From positions 3,906,001-3,970,000 of the forward strand of contig JAYWIR010000011.1 of NCBI GenBank assembly GCA_036172245.1: a DNA stretch of 64,000 bases, written 5' to 3'. Below the pieces are notes generated by a model, which saw only the letters and a list, made by a program, of their open reading frames with translations, searched no databases and had not been told where the DNA came from. This DNA comes from Raillietiella orientalis. Its lineage: Eukaryota. The position numbers and the translations under genes were made by a program. Positions 12,661 through 24,986 of this stretch are shown here, in pieces; positions within the stretch are counted from its first letter, which is position 1, and each line of letters starts with the position of its first letter.

Positions 12661-13229
12661 CCAGAAGGAAGAACCGGCGGCTCGAGTTGAGGACAGCCAG
12701 GGAGAACATGAGGTCGGTCACGGGGAAGCTTGGAGGGGTGCTTCCAAGGGACACGAGACCACGCTTCCCGGTCAGGTTCCCTATTTTGCACTCACTCTGC
12801 AATGTCTGGTAGCAAACCTCGTTGCTGCAGTCGTCTGTATCGTAGGGGATTTGCAGTGCCTCTTAGTGCTTCCCGTCTGGTGGTCACAAAAAGATATCAG
12901 AGGAAGATGAGGAGGAATAGGAAAAGGCAAGGCAAAGCAGAGTCGACCCCCCTTCCTCTTCCTCCCTCCCATTCATAGCGAATCACTTCTAGGGAGAATG
13001 TCCGTGACGAGGATCTGCCATGGGCCGTACTCGGGAGCCGCCGCTGCGGAGGGGCGTAGCCGATGGCTGCGCAGCCGGCTGAGGATGCTGATGAGGAAGG
13101 AAGAGAACCCCTAAGGGAGCAGTGCAGTATAGCGAGTAGTAGGGTTGACCTGCACCGTGCTGTCGTATCAACACAGAAGTTTTCTCGTACAATGCCTCCT
13201 TCCTTTCTTTTGATGTAGTTTCAGTGTGA

Positions 13230-14090
13230 GCCTCAAGCATCTTTCTTGTACAGACTGGTTGAAAATTGCGGTCCCTTTGTTCTCAGTACGTCCAAACTCG
13301 GTTGGCAGTGGCACGCTGCCTGTTTGTCACGTGCAATTCCTTCGAACATTGGTGTCCCGATGGTCGGAGAAACCACCCATTGGTCAAGTTCTGCGAGATG
13401 AAACACGTACAGCCTGTGGACCGCCTGGGCATCTCTGGCAAATTCTCCTCGTCTTTCGAGCATGCGCTGCCTGGGAGCCAAGGATCACAACACCGCACTG
13501 TGAAAAGAACATTACGAACGCACGCAGGCGCTTAGACTCTGCACGCAGCGAACAGGGAGAGTCGGCGAGAAATCGGGAGCCACCATCGCCAGAGTCCGTT
13601 TGCAAAGGTCCAAAAAGCACTCCATTAGAAAAACCATTGGAGGAGAAGGCTCATCAGTTTAAGTCAGTCGTACCATCACTGTTCAAGGCTCTCCGCTCTG
13701 CCTCTCACGGACCATTTCGTTTCGAAATCAACATGAAAAACGCGCTGTCCTAATAATAGAAAGCACATAGACAGGAAAAAGCACATCAAGAGAAGCTGCT
13801 GAATTCCAAGACACAGTACTTCGTGGTTCCGTCTGACTGAAGGATGCACCCGTCGAGCACAGACCATTTGTCAAATAGGAGGCAATCGATTCCCCATATT
13901 CAAGTGTGAAGCGTGTCTCACGACGTACTAATGATCTCTGATTCGTGGTCAAATAAGTCTGGACCGGCAATTCGGATGCTTTGTTCTTTTGATCGAAAAT
14001 ATCCCCGTGCCCATGAAGCCTTCTCAGTTTACAGAGTGTCCCTGGATCACGAAACTGTGGCCCCATTTCCACTTTTGTCCGGTGGACTTT
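13230..14090 (+). mobile_element. Two adjacent APE endonuclease C-terminal fragments
   Basis: VDRLGIS...SQHRTV and ISLDRQF...LDHETV correspond to the SRLDR / SDH motifs, twice. Confidence 0.45.
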
Positions 14091-14140
14091 ATTTATCTAA
14101 AAGACAAATATGAGGGTTCCGGATACATCTTTGTGTTCGA

Positions 14141-14935
14141 GCCCGTGCTAGCAGCCGTGTGGCTGCGGTCTCCGCTCGTAGTGCCAGGTGTCGCGGTTCG
14201 AATCCCTCCAGGGGAAGAGTGCACGCCAAGAACAGGGGGCGCTTCGTGAGTTTCGAGTCTCACCCACAGGATGAGGCTGGTTGGCCTTTTTAGGTGGGCA
14301 TGGTAGAATCTGGAAACTGGATGCTCCCGTTGGCTGGCCGGGATCGGAAGTTGGCCCTCCGAAGTCCTTCCGGGAATCATGAAGCCACTTCTCTCCTCTT
14401 CGAGGTTGCTCCCTCCGGTTTTAAAAATGCGCACCCCCTCAAGGGGGCGAATATTCATCGCGTTTCATGGAGCTGGTTGATACGCACCTCAGGGTTGCCC
14501 CTCCAGAGTGCTACAGAAGCGCGCTGCTTCCTTCTGAGAGCGCCCTTCAAAGGAATTCGGAAGCTCCCTGCGGGGTCTTCTTCAGAAGAGTAATACAAGG
14601 AGAGACTCGCTCCAGGAGATCCTTCCGAAGGAACCTTCGGGGTTCCCTTCGCAGAAATCCGGGGTGAGGGTCCCTTCCGCGCTCTCTTCAAAGCGTAAGA
14701 GGAACGAACTCCTTCCTCCGGAGCCTTCCTGGATCCATAGGATCGTCCCTTCGGGATGACTTCTCAACTGGAACAGTTACGTGCGCCCTCGAGTGGCGTG
14801 GACGGTGCCAAAGAGCTTGTAGAGCCTCCGCTGAGGAGGCGAACGGTTCCTAAGCACTTGCTGAACCACAGAAAGGAAGAAAATGGAAGGAAAGCAGAGA
14901 AACAGAAGAACCTCGAAAGGATTTCCCTCATCCTA
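14141..14935 (+). mobile_element. tRNA-derived SINE copy S2 (most complete 5' end)
   Basis: A-box-like TAGCAGCCGTGTGG (14149-14162), B-box GGTTCGAATCCC (14195-14206), second T-arm-like GTGAG-TTTCGAGT-CTCAC (~14246-14263), a body shared with 8 other loci, and an A-rich segment at ~14865-14915. Confidence 0.85.
14149..14206 (+). promoter_or_regulatory. Internal RNA polymerase III promoter (A and B boxes) of the SINE head
   Basis: B box matches the GGTTCGANNCC consensus. A degenerate A box starts ~45 nt upstream. Same layout in the heads at ~46250-46358(-) and ~62960-63072(-). Confidence 0.7.
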
Positions 14936-14999
14936 GACCAGTAGCAACGATCTCTTGTTGAGGTCGCTACTGATCTCTCGAAAAGGACTGGAATGACCC

Positions 15000-16440
15000 G
15001 GTGATACAGAGAGCTTTGGGCATCTTTTTTATTTGTCTGTAGTCCGTCAATGAGCTCTTGAATACCTCGGAAGGGAGAGTCTATCTCGAATCGCTGCTCT
15101 TCTCCCTGTTCTAGTCAACGCGTCCAGCCCATACCAATCATCAAAGAAAGGGAGGAAGAGGAAGATTGTAGAAGAATGCGTACTCTCCCGGCGTGATTCT
15201 CACGCCGAGAGAGCTCAAGGAAGCTCGAGGAAGAAGAGCAGCCCAAGAGTAACTCAGGCCACAGCTCGGATGCTGAGGAAATTTTTCTCGCTCCTCCATG
15301 GATTCGCGCTCATCGCTTGCAGTTCTTTTTCCGTTCGTCCTCTGAAACTGAAGTCTCCTTGTCATCTGCTCCTGCTGTGGACTCCTTCCTGCTTGCTCTT
15401 TGCCTTCGGTGGAGATCGTGGTGCTCTCACAAAGCGGTGGGAGATTTCTCCACTTTCCAAAGAACCTCTTGGTTCTCCGTGCTATTGAAAGTTGCGGTAA
15501 TTACTTCTTTCGCTTGATTTCATATAGCCTCCTCCTACAACCAGTCTCGCCCCGTGGCTGCTGACTAAGCACTCTTCGGTGGCTTACTGACCAATGCTCC
15601 GGGAGAGAGAGAGCCAATGAACGAGCCACGCTCTTTTTTTGCGAAACCGAGGGTATTCGGATAACTGCGATCTTGCGCTGCGCTGCTGGTAATCATCAGC
15701 TAAAGGAACCCAGATGCACATCAGAAAGCGTCCGGTCCTGGAAAGAACATGCTTCCGTCGTGAGATGGACGGAAGCTTTCAAATTAAGAGGCGGATGACC
15801 GCTTTCCTGGAGCCGCTGTTTTGAGCGAGCTTGCACCGACTCTAAGAAGACACAAATCAAGTCTCGGGGTGCTATCCTCTCCAATCGGATGCTCCTTAAA
15901 ATGATCTACTGCTCCACGGAAAACTCAAGACCCCAATAATTCATCTCCTCTGAGCGATTCTCCGTGATTTCCTGGTTGCCGGGGTTTCTCCTGCCAGCTC
16001 GCGTGCCAACCATTACTTCCGAGGGTAGGGAAATTCTGATGACTCGAATCACTTGGAGCGGTCCAGAAAATTATCTCTTTTGTGACCAATCGATGAGGAT
16101 GGCACTTCAGCTCGAGACACGGTCGTAGTTTGGCACTTCTTTATTGCAGCTACTAATGAATACCTGACACCTTCAAATATCATTTCCGTTTCTGAAGTTT
16201 CATGCTAATCTTCTCCCGTGAGCAGTCGCATCCCTTTCGATCCCGGTCCCTGATTGCGCAAACTGGCAGTTCGTGCTGCTGTCGAAGTCTTCCTCACGTA
16301 GAGGTCATGGAAAATATTTTTGGCGACAGCTGTTAACCTGAGAGAGGTAGTGAACTGGATGCCCTCCTTGGTCTGCTTACGACCCCTTTCGGTCATCATT
16401 TCGTTGCAGATTACCTCTCCCATGCTTGATCTCCTCCCAG
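15000..16440 (-). mobile_element. L1/Tx1-like ORF2 linker/RT fragments
   Basis: AKNIFHDLY (linker), RITPGEYAFFYN (PDGLPxEFY-like) and LICVFLE (RT domain 3-like). Heavily decayed. Confidence 0.4.
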
Positions 16441-16576
16441 AGACGTTACTGTTATGTCGGCATCCTACACCAGGATGACATGATTCATTGAATGGCTTGA
16501 TAACTAATTAATCAGACATGTTGCATGTGCATATTAATAGGTGCTTTTAATAGAGCGGAATCAACTATTTATATAA

Positions 16577-16647
16577 TTCCTTATTGCTATACGTGAACAT
16601 ACAGCAATAAGGAAAATTTTTCTTATGTGCTGTATATTCATGTACGT
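16577..16647. repeat. Overlapping AT-rich inverted repeats (A-A'-A arrangement)
   Basis: TTCCTTATTGCT..AGCAATAAGGAA (12-bp perfect arms, 14-nt loop). A second imperfect dyad: ACGTGAACATACAGCAATAAGGAAAA / TTTTCTTATGTGCTGTATATTCATGT. Confidence 0.75.
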
Positions 16648-17209
16648 AAATAATAATGTCTCGTTGATTTTATGTGCGAAAAATGCAAGATAAAATTTGG
16701 CATCCGTTTTCTAAATAAAATGGTCCCTTTCCCTGTTCTGTTTGCAGCCACGGAAGATTCCGTTTCAAATCCCCGTTTCGTTTTGTTTTGTGATGGCACG
16801 TCCAGCTGACGTGAGTCATCAGAGAGAAAAGAGAAAGCGAAAGACGGTAGAGGAGTGCTGGAAAAATTGCTCCCTCACTTGATGCTTAATGAAATTCCAT
16901 CCCCTCAATTCTCCATCAAAATTTAGACATAAAAATTTTTAGAACGCTCGCTGCTGCTGCTGCACGTACCTCTGTGGGCGTTACGGCATTTGTAGAAAAG
17001 GAAAACAAAGAGAGCGACGGGCAAGGAAGGAAATCGAAGTACCACAGAAAAGGCGCTGGAACTCTAGGCAACCACTAGCCGGGTGGTTAAGAGAAAATCC
17101 TGCTTTTACTCTTCAGGCATCGTGGAGAGAGGCATGCACACGAGGATGTAGGTCCTCACCGAAGGAGTCGGTCGTGGCATTCAAGGCAGTGTAACGTCGG
17201 TTCTGATGC

Positions 17210-18240
17210 TTATCACCGAGTTATTCATGGGGCATTTATTACGTAGAGTAATAAAGATACATTGGTGTGGTAGAGCACGTGGTTCTACTACGTCCGTATA
17301 GGAGCGGTGCGCAGACCGGTGAGATTCGCTTCACCAGCCTGGCAAAGGGGAAACAAAAAAAAAATTAACGCTCAAAAACAGGGGAGGGGGAATTATATAC
17401 AGGAAGGCAAGGGAGGGACCTAGGAAGAGATCACGAGGTACACTTCCAGGCGTCCTTTGCATCCTGCTCAGGATGCTGGCAAGTTCCTTCCGCATAGGAC
17501 CCAGGTGGAGCCATCTCGAGGTCTTCAGGAAGATCCGTGCCCAAGGGATGGCGTCCCTGCCATTTCATCCCTCTTCTTCTGTACTTAGGTCCTGATGATG
17601 GAAATCCTTTTAGGTTTAAATTCTTCTGTTTTCGTTGCTTCCCGTTTAGCTTTTCTTTTTTTTTGGTTCGCCAAGTGCTGAAGAGCCGCTCGACTCCTTA
17701 CAGGGAGCTCACGAGACTCTTGGACACTACCCAGGCCATCTGAGGGTGCATGCGACTCTTTAACTTATAAAAAGTAACCTCGGAGAGACCACTTCATAAA
17801 CCCAAGAAGGTTCCAGAGGAAGGAGTCTGTTCCTCTTACGCTTAAGGGAGAACCAAAAAGTGAACCCCCACCCTGGTTGTCTCTTCCTTATTCTCTCCTG
17901 AGGGACCCCGGAAGTGGTCAGTCAATTATTCCTTCTCTGAAGGGATCTTGGAAAGGATCCATTCCTTTTTCACTTCTCTGAAGAGAACCTTGAAGGGACG
18001 CTCCCCAACTTCCCTGAAGAACGCTCCTCGAAGGAGCAGTGCGCTTCTGCAACACTCTAGAAGGAACCCCCCAAGACACATATCAACTAGCTCCAGGAGG
18101 TCTCTTGTCCCCCTCCAAGCAGGTAAAGGGCTCCTCTTTCACAATCGGAGAGAGAAACCTTGAATAAAACCGGTTCCACGGCTCCTGGAAGGACCCCGGG
18201 GGCTCAACTTCGAATCCCCACCAGTCATCGGAAGCATCCG
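17210..18240 (-). mobile_element. SINE copy S3 running continuously into a LINE-A-type 3' tail
   Basis: SINE body 18240-17590, then 17560-17210 closely matches the LINE-A 3' end at 42135-42490, including AATAAA and the terminal motif. Confidence 0.75.
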
Positions 18241-18249
18241 TGGGTCTCT

Positions 18250-19000
18250 GGCTTGCACTGGTGCTGCATCCGAATTCCAGGACTCGCAGGAGTGTGGCGA
18301 ATCTGGGGGGAATGGACAGCTTGTTGTTTGGCCGAAGATGAGGTGGTTCCAGCGCTCCTCGCCGTGTCTCTTCACAATGTGAGGAAACCCATTTGAGGCG
18401 TTGTTCTCACCTTCCCAGGTGGATCACGAGCAACTGGAGATGCAAGCTCGATCCATCCTCCATCCGGCAAAGAGAACTGATTTATCCAGGCAGGCAAAGA
18501 TGCAGTCTCTCCAAAGGACTCCGTCAGTCCGATGAAGATACCGATAATGAAAAGAAGGAGTCTTCTTAGGACTCTTACTCGATCCCCAGTAATAACGAGG
18601 TGTTGCCTGGGACTCCATTGGATTCTAGTGTCTAGAAGGAACGTCCCGAATCATGAATAAAAAGACCTCAACTCCTCTCTCGCTTTAGTTAACGCATTCA
18701 CAAACTCACTACGTGTTGGTGTCACAGGACGGAACATCCCAGTAACAGCATCCACAGGACTCACCTGCACCATGTCAGTTCCGGGCCTGCGATGGCGCAA
18801 AATCTTCGTCTCGGTGGCACGTGTTTTTGGAATGTGTCACGCTACAGCAGATCTGTATCTTTATCCCATGGGCATTACGATTCCCTAGAGACACTCCACG
18901 AGACATGACCGAAACCTTGTCTGCCTCCCTGGGTTTACCAGCTGCCTCCTCGCTGGACCTTTCGCCTTCTCGACAATTTCTCTGCATAGCAGCGAGAGGC
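18250..19000 (-). mobile_element. I/Jockey-like RT fragments
   Basis: NAHGIK (PDGI-like) and PRYYWG (KYLG-like) remnants. Confidence 0.35.
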
Positions 19001-19599
19001 GATCGGCATTTGGACCAGGCAGGCAGGCACGCCTAGAAGAACTTTGAGCCCTGAATACCCTCAGCAGAGGGTCTTTGGAGAGGATGATGGATGATTACAA
19101 GAAGCAGACGCTCTCTTCCTTTCCTCACCTACAACAGTATCTTACTTCTGGAAAATAAGTCAAAGTAGCCAACCCGATAGCCGGCAGGATAGCCGCGCAT
19201 TTCAGGAGTAGATAAATTCCCGTCGAATGGACAGCAGTCCGTCTAGCAGACACAGGCACTTCGACGAGACGTGCAGACCCTCCTCAAGAGGGGTCGGTGG
19301 TCTCCCTCTTGCATCTGGACAACTCCGTTCTTCCGCTTGGGCTCACGGCCCTTCCTAGGGCCTCGTGTGCTGCTGTGCGACGTCATCACCTGACGGTGGA
19401 GAAAGCTTTTCCGAACCGTGCCAGGTGCGGTCTGCCCTTCTGGTCTCCAGCTTCTTCTTCACTGCCTCGTCTCTCCCTTGCAGTGGTTGCGACTAGGAGA
19501 CCTCTTCCGCAAGAATGGCAACCTCACGGGCCTCGTGCATTCTTCCTGCACTGCAGATGAACTTCCGCATGACTCTGTAGCTACGATCTGATACTGCGT

Positions 19600-20030
19600 C
19601 CAGAGCATCGTGGCAACTCGACTCTATACGAGAGAGGCCATTGCCCTATGCATTTCTTTGTCCCGAAAAGCGGCAACGTGGTCTCACATGGCAATCATCA
19701 AAGGTCAAACGCAAGTCAGGCCTTGGACAGCTTGCTGGATGACCAGGATTGGGAACCCTTGGATCGAGAACAGCCTGAGGCTCATCGTGCGCAGTGTTCG
19801 CCGCCTGAAGACGTTCCTCTGATCGGAGAGGAGTCGCGTGACTACCTCAGCGAGCCGTTCACGATTAGGCAGACCATCTCCGCTAACAAAAATCTCGGAA
19901 GGAGGGTACTTTCAGGGGAGAATGTCTTCTCTTTGGAGTTGACTCTCCAGCAAAGCACTGATAAAACTCTTTTTGGAGTTTTATCAGTGATTTTTCAGGA
20001 GAGCTGACTCCACTGGTGCACCAGCTGTGC
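19600..20030 (+). mobile_element. L1/Tx1-like ORF2 linker fragment
   Basis: DYLSEPFTIRQTISANKNLGRRVLSGENVFSLEL matches the L..PIT..E...AI..L...KSPG.DG...EF pattern. Confidence 0.55.
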
Positions 20031-20039
20031 ACACTGATT

Positions 20040-22350
20040 TGTGAAAGAGGCGAGTGTCCGTTGCTTTCCAATCAGCAAGAGCTTTTGCTCCTCCTTGTCT
20101 CTTCCTTACTGGAGGAGTCCCTAGCCGTTTAAGCAGTTGACATTTGATCTTCATCAGCATAAACTCCAAACTGCTGTGAATCTTTGGACTGAAGGACCTG
20201 GGCATCGAGCCGAAACCTCCATCAGTACGGAACAGGCGTATGCTGTTCTCGGACGCAGCGTATTCCTAGCCAGCTCCTGTCTTCAGCTGCAAAGGGTTGC
20301 GCCAGAATCCTAGATTTCTAGCAGGCCAGGAAACGGGAGGCCGGGTTGAAATGAAGGCACCTGGAGCCCTTGTAGTCACTGTCGAACTTACAAAAGGCAT
20401 TCGATTGCATCCACTAAGAGCTCCAAAAAGACCTTCCGGAGCGCATGGAATTCCTCTCCATGTTGTTGCTCTATCTGCGATCCAACTGGCAAACATAAAT
20501 TTTGTCTCAAGTGTCCGGCGGGTTTACAGCATTTTGGTTTGGCTGGACATACTGCAGGGAAACAGTCTGATTCCTTGTTCTTCAGAACCTACCTTGAGTT
20601 GCTGCTAGACCTGGAAGGATGGCTCTAACGACCTTGCCGAGCTCGTGTTCCGGTGGGTCGGTCGCGTTCTTTCTTCGTTACATATGGTGGTCTAGGCCTC
20701 CTGACGCTAGAACTCATGGGGCAGCAGCTACAATTTCGTTCCCCCTGGTGGTCAAGCACTGACTGGCAATCTAGTGAGTCGCTGCGTTCCTCCCTTCCAA
20801 GCAGGAAGCTGTTTCGAGAGATTGGCATTTTTCCCCATGCACAGCCACCGGAGCTTAGATCGATAGGCTTCTAATTTTGGCAGTCGCTTAATCCAAAGAG
20901 AACGCCTAAATCTCCTGGCCTGGCTGAAGCTCCTGAGTTTCAGGAACTGTAGTGCCTGGTCGCAACCTGCGCAACTCGTGCGCATCTCCTGTGAGGATCG
21001 ATCGGAGGAGCAACCTCGGAAGTGCGTCAGGAACTGCATTCCACCTGGAGATTTTCTCCTGAGGGGGGTCTCAATCTCGCCGACCATCTGCACGCAGAAT
21101 CTGTGCATTTCCTGCAGAAGAGCAAGGTCGGATCGTCCTCGGCGTTTCTGCAGTCGCTCACTTGTCTTCGACAGGGAGCTCGGCGTTCCGGACGGTCATG
21201 CGGGGAACCTACAAAGAGTGATTATGCTTCAGAGTGTCATCTTCTCCTGCTCTTTCATCCTTCGGGAAACAACACACCGTCCTTTGCGGGGGAAGCTTGC
21301 CGCTTTCCTTCCATGCTGTCGCGCGGAGCAGTCTCCCTTTCCTGTAAACTCAGCGTGTTCTTCCTCTTCCGATGGGTCTGGAACGTGATCCACGCGGGTT
21401 TGCTCCATAAATTCTTCGAAGGCACTCCTTACATTCCTCGCTGGCGGCGCAGTGAGCGTATTTCCATCCTCGGATCACGGATGGCCGGAGGGCAGCACAT
21501 CCGCGTTGAGGCGCATTTCAGGAGCTGTCGCGCTCCATCCGGAATCTCGAGCCCACCGACATCATGCCAGAGGTGCTCGCGGTTGTCGGATTTCTCCTTC
21601 GGGAAGGACGGATCGACCAGGGAAGCGCTCACTGATTGGGATATGGATTTAACAGCCACAGCTGCATCGGCACTCCTCTCTTGCATTCTTCCCATACTCT
21701 CATGGAGGCGGTTTCCTCCCCAAGGAGAATGTCACAGAGCCATCGTCTCTACGAGCGCTGCAGAGGATTTACGGCTACGCTTCTGCCTTGTTCTTGCTTT
21801 CTTCTTTCGGTGGAGGTGAGTAAGTAGGAATGACGCTCATTCCATTCCCCGGGTAGGCCTCGCGTCTTAAGTCTCTCGGGCGTCGCTCGCTTGGGTCACG
21901 AAAGGTGCAAGGCGGCAGAGCACCTTGTGTTTGCGGACAGCCTCTTTCGCACTTGGGTTGGTTGGTGTGGAGAGACGGTTTCATTTGGTGAGAGATGAAC
22001 CCTCTGCATGCAGCATCTGGATCAGGGTTAAGCGCATCGCCGGAGGACGGAATCGCTTCCAGTCGCTGATGTACTGCGGTGTTCTCTATGGAGCTTGGCG
22101 GTGGACAGCACCTTTGCATTCGGAAAGGAATGGAAGGATTGACGGTTGCGCTAGCATGCGGAAACTTTGCCGATGAGATCCTGAGGCTGTGGCACACCTG
22201 AGATATCAGAAGGATCTGCGTTTAGATGCAGCATCAGAACCATCCCAGCATCACCTTCAGAAAACGGTGACTGAGTCGAGGTGTCTCTTGATGGAGAGGA
22301 GTAGCAGGAAGCAGTTTGTCTGCACGTCGTACGTGCTTCACTCCACGACC
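20040..22350 (-). mobile_element. Tx1-like LINE 5' part: ORF1 with zinc knuckle followed by APE/linker
   Basis: HTNQPKCERGCPQTQGALPPC (~21905-21970) is a decayed YxGQPKxCxxCxxxGHxxxxC. CQLDRR at ~20480 is SRLDR-like. Confidence 0.55.
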
Positions 22351-22379
22351 TTCATCCTGAAGGCAGATTAGGGTTTGCG

Positions 22380-22950
22380 GGAAAGAGGACGAGGGACGAG
22401 ACGCTCGCCCCGACGCCTGCGGTAGGCGACTGCCCAGGAGAGCGTCCCTCGGAAGGAAGGTCATTCAAACCGACCCGTACCGTGGTCGGATGAGTTCGAG
22501 ATGCTGCGACCCAGGCAACCGGAGCACTCGCAGACGTGTGCGGCATGCGGAGCTGGCATGGCTCGGAGTACTTACGTAGAACGGAGAGGCGAATTCGTCG
22601 GAGCTGGAAGTGGGATGAAAGGACGGGATCACCAAAGCGCTTCGGAGCGGGGAGCAGGAAGACGCGCGCAGGAGAACAAATCGCTTTGCTTTTGCCCCGA
22701 TAGCAAGCCGGAGGAGACGAGGCGACCTCTGGCCTCCGGGAACCAAAGATAACCATCACTCCATGCGTTGCCTTGGCAACACAACGGCCGTGCTTCCAAG
22801 GCGGGGACTCGCTCTGGGGTTTCAGAGAGGGCAAGCTGCTCACGAGGTAGCGGGAGATGGGGTTGTGTCCGAGGACCGAGAGATCTCGAACACCCCCAGA
22901 AAACACCAGCCTGGCTTAGGATGTGCCGAGTACTCTTTCTTGTCCTTCCG
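22380..22950 (-). mobile_element. ORF1/gag-like fragment
   Basis: PPACYRGKSKAICSP resembles a decayed CCHC knuckle. Confidence 0.3.
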
Positions 22951-24986
22951 TCCCTCTCTCTAATTGAATCCTCCTTCTTTCCCTCTTTCACACGTGACTG
23001 GCCTCCGAGTCGGACAAACCTCCCCACCTGGCGCTTTCTTCCCAGCAGGAACTCCCCTGACTTTTATTTATTCATTTATTTATTTATTTTTGAGATGAAC
23101 ACCTCGCGGTAACGGGGCGAAGGCTGGAGCGCATGAAGCGTGGCTGCGCCAGGGACTGTCGCTACCCCTCACAAGAAATGGCCTGAGGATACCCACGCGG
23201 GCGACTCGACCTCCCCGTGCGCGGAGTTGCGCCCTCGCGAACTTTGCAGCTTTCTCAACCGTGCGCGTGACTCGCGTGCCACCCAACCGACGGCAGCAGT
23301 CCCTTTTCGCTTTCCCAAACGCTTGCCGAGGCGGCCCCGCCCTGACGGTGGGCAACCCCAAAGCATGTCAAAGAGCCACCTCTGAGCGCGCGACGTCATG
23401 CCGCCTGCAGTAATGACCGCAACTCTTTGGCTTCCTCCACGCCTTAGTAGCGTTGCGAAGAACAGCCGAGGGAGCACAGAGCAAACAGAAGCGGCCAGGA
23501 TGAATCCCTTCATCAGGACATCTCTTGAGGGATGAACTGGACAAATGCCGCACAGAGAGCGCGGATGACCCAGAGGAACGCCTGCGGCCCTCCTTCCCTT
23601 CCTCCTCATCCCACATGAACAGTCACGTAATTTTTCTTTTCTTTATTTGGTTTCTCTGCGCTTCCATCCCCGAGGTGGACCTCAGTGGCCAATCAGCTGG
23701 CTCCTTGCCAGCTCGTCCAGAGTTCTTCGGACTTTGGAGTAGCCCATTGCCTAACACTTGCATCCTTTCATTTCTTTCCTGCACATGTTGCTGAAGTTCG
23801 CAGTGGACGTCCCTGCACGCCGACTATCAAAGAGTGTAGGGCTCGAAATTGGGTTCACCAGGGAGTCGCCGATCTTTGCGACTTCCTCGGCACTTCGATG
23901 TTCCTTGCCATGGACGTGGAGTAGCCCCCCTGCCAGCCGGCCGATCCGCACCGGAATCTCAACATCTAGGGCAGCGGCGCCTGCGTGGTGCCGGGCCAGC
24001 CGGAGTGACCCGAGAAGCTCGGAAAACGTATCCGCACGGCCCCAAGAGGCTGCGAGGCATGGGTTCTTGGGAACCCTTCTCGGGGAACCGCGGAGAGTCG
24101 TGCACCCACCATCCTCATCTATCAGACCATTGGTGAACCCGCCCGCACAAGTGACGCCTCCGCGAGATTCCAACCCTCCCTCTCTCTGGCCAGCTCGTGC
24201 CAGACTGTGCCAGATTGCATTCGGAAGAGGAGAGGCGAGCGGCTCGAAAAAGCTCCCTCTAGGAGGGATGGTGGGCATCATCGTAATCATCCGCCATCTT
24301 TTGGAGCACTCTCAGCACTGGTTCGCTGCCCTCCTCGGAGGATTTTGATGGTTTCCAGCCATCCTTCTCCCATCTCTGATTCTGCGAGCTCCTGCCCTCT
24401 TCAAGAAGGACGCCAGTGCACCAGTCCTGGATAAGAGGAAGCCTTCAGGTGCATTCGGCTCCGTTCGAAGTCCATCCTGGGTCTTTGCCTCGGGACGGAT
24501 CTGCTCCTTCGAAGGCGGATATCCCATCCGAACCCGAAGCGCCAGGGTTGACGTTGCCCTGACCAGGATCCGCTCCTCAAAGGAATACCCATGCAGCAGA
24601 TGGGAATCCCAAACGCGCTGCCAAGGATTTTGCATTCCAGACATCGAGACTCCCGACTGGCCAAATCAGAATGTCTTCGTACAGGACCTGCGAGGAGCAG
24701 TCACTTCGCAGCGCCACAGGGCGGAGGCGACGCTCTTGTTCTCCTCCTCCCCCGCCTCCTCGCAAATCATCCGACGCCTGGCACTAAGATGCGGTCTTGT
24801 AGGTCCAAGAGGAACATCCACCTAAACGCTACCCTTCCTATCTTTCGATCCAAGACCTAGGAGTGCACACCCGGTGGGGAGCCTACAGCGCTATCCGCAT
24901 CCCATTAGTGTTCGCCTGCTGATCAGTTCCGTTTCCGCTTCCCTTCCACGGAAGTTCCGTCTGATCTACCGCCCCACCGAGGTCTA

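Noticed and set aside
14141..14216. Functional tRNA gene (CTCGTAG loop suggests Thr-CGT ancestry)
   Set aside because: Acceptor, anticodon and T stems pair poorly, no oligo-T terminator follows, and it runs into a multicopy body. It is a SINE head.
21022..21819. 265-aa ORF, and similar ones at 25911..26642, 33897..34589 and 52295..52906
   Set aside because: Antisense or off-frame shadows of GC-rich TE fragments with no coherent protein family.
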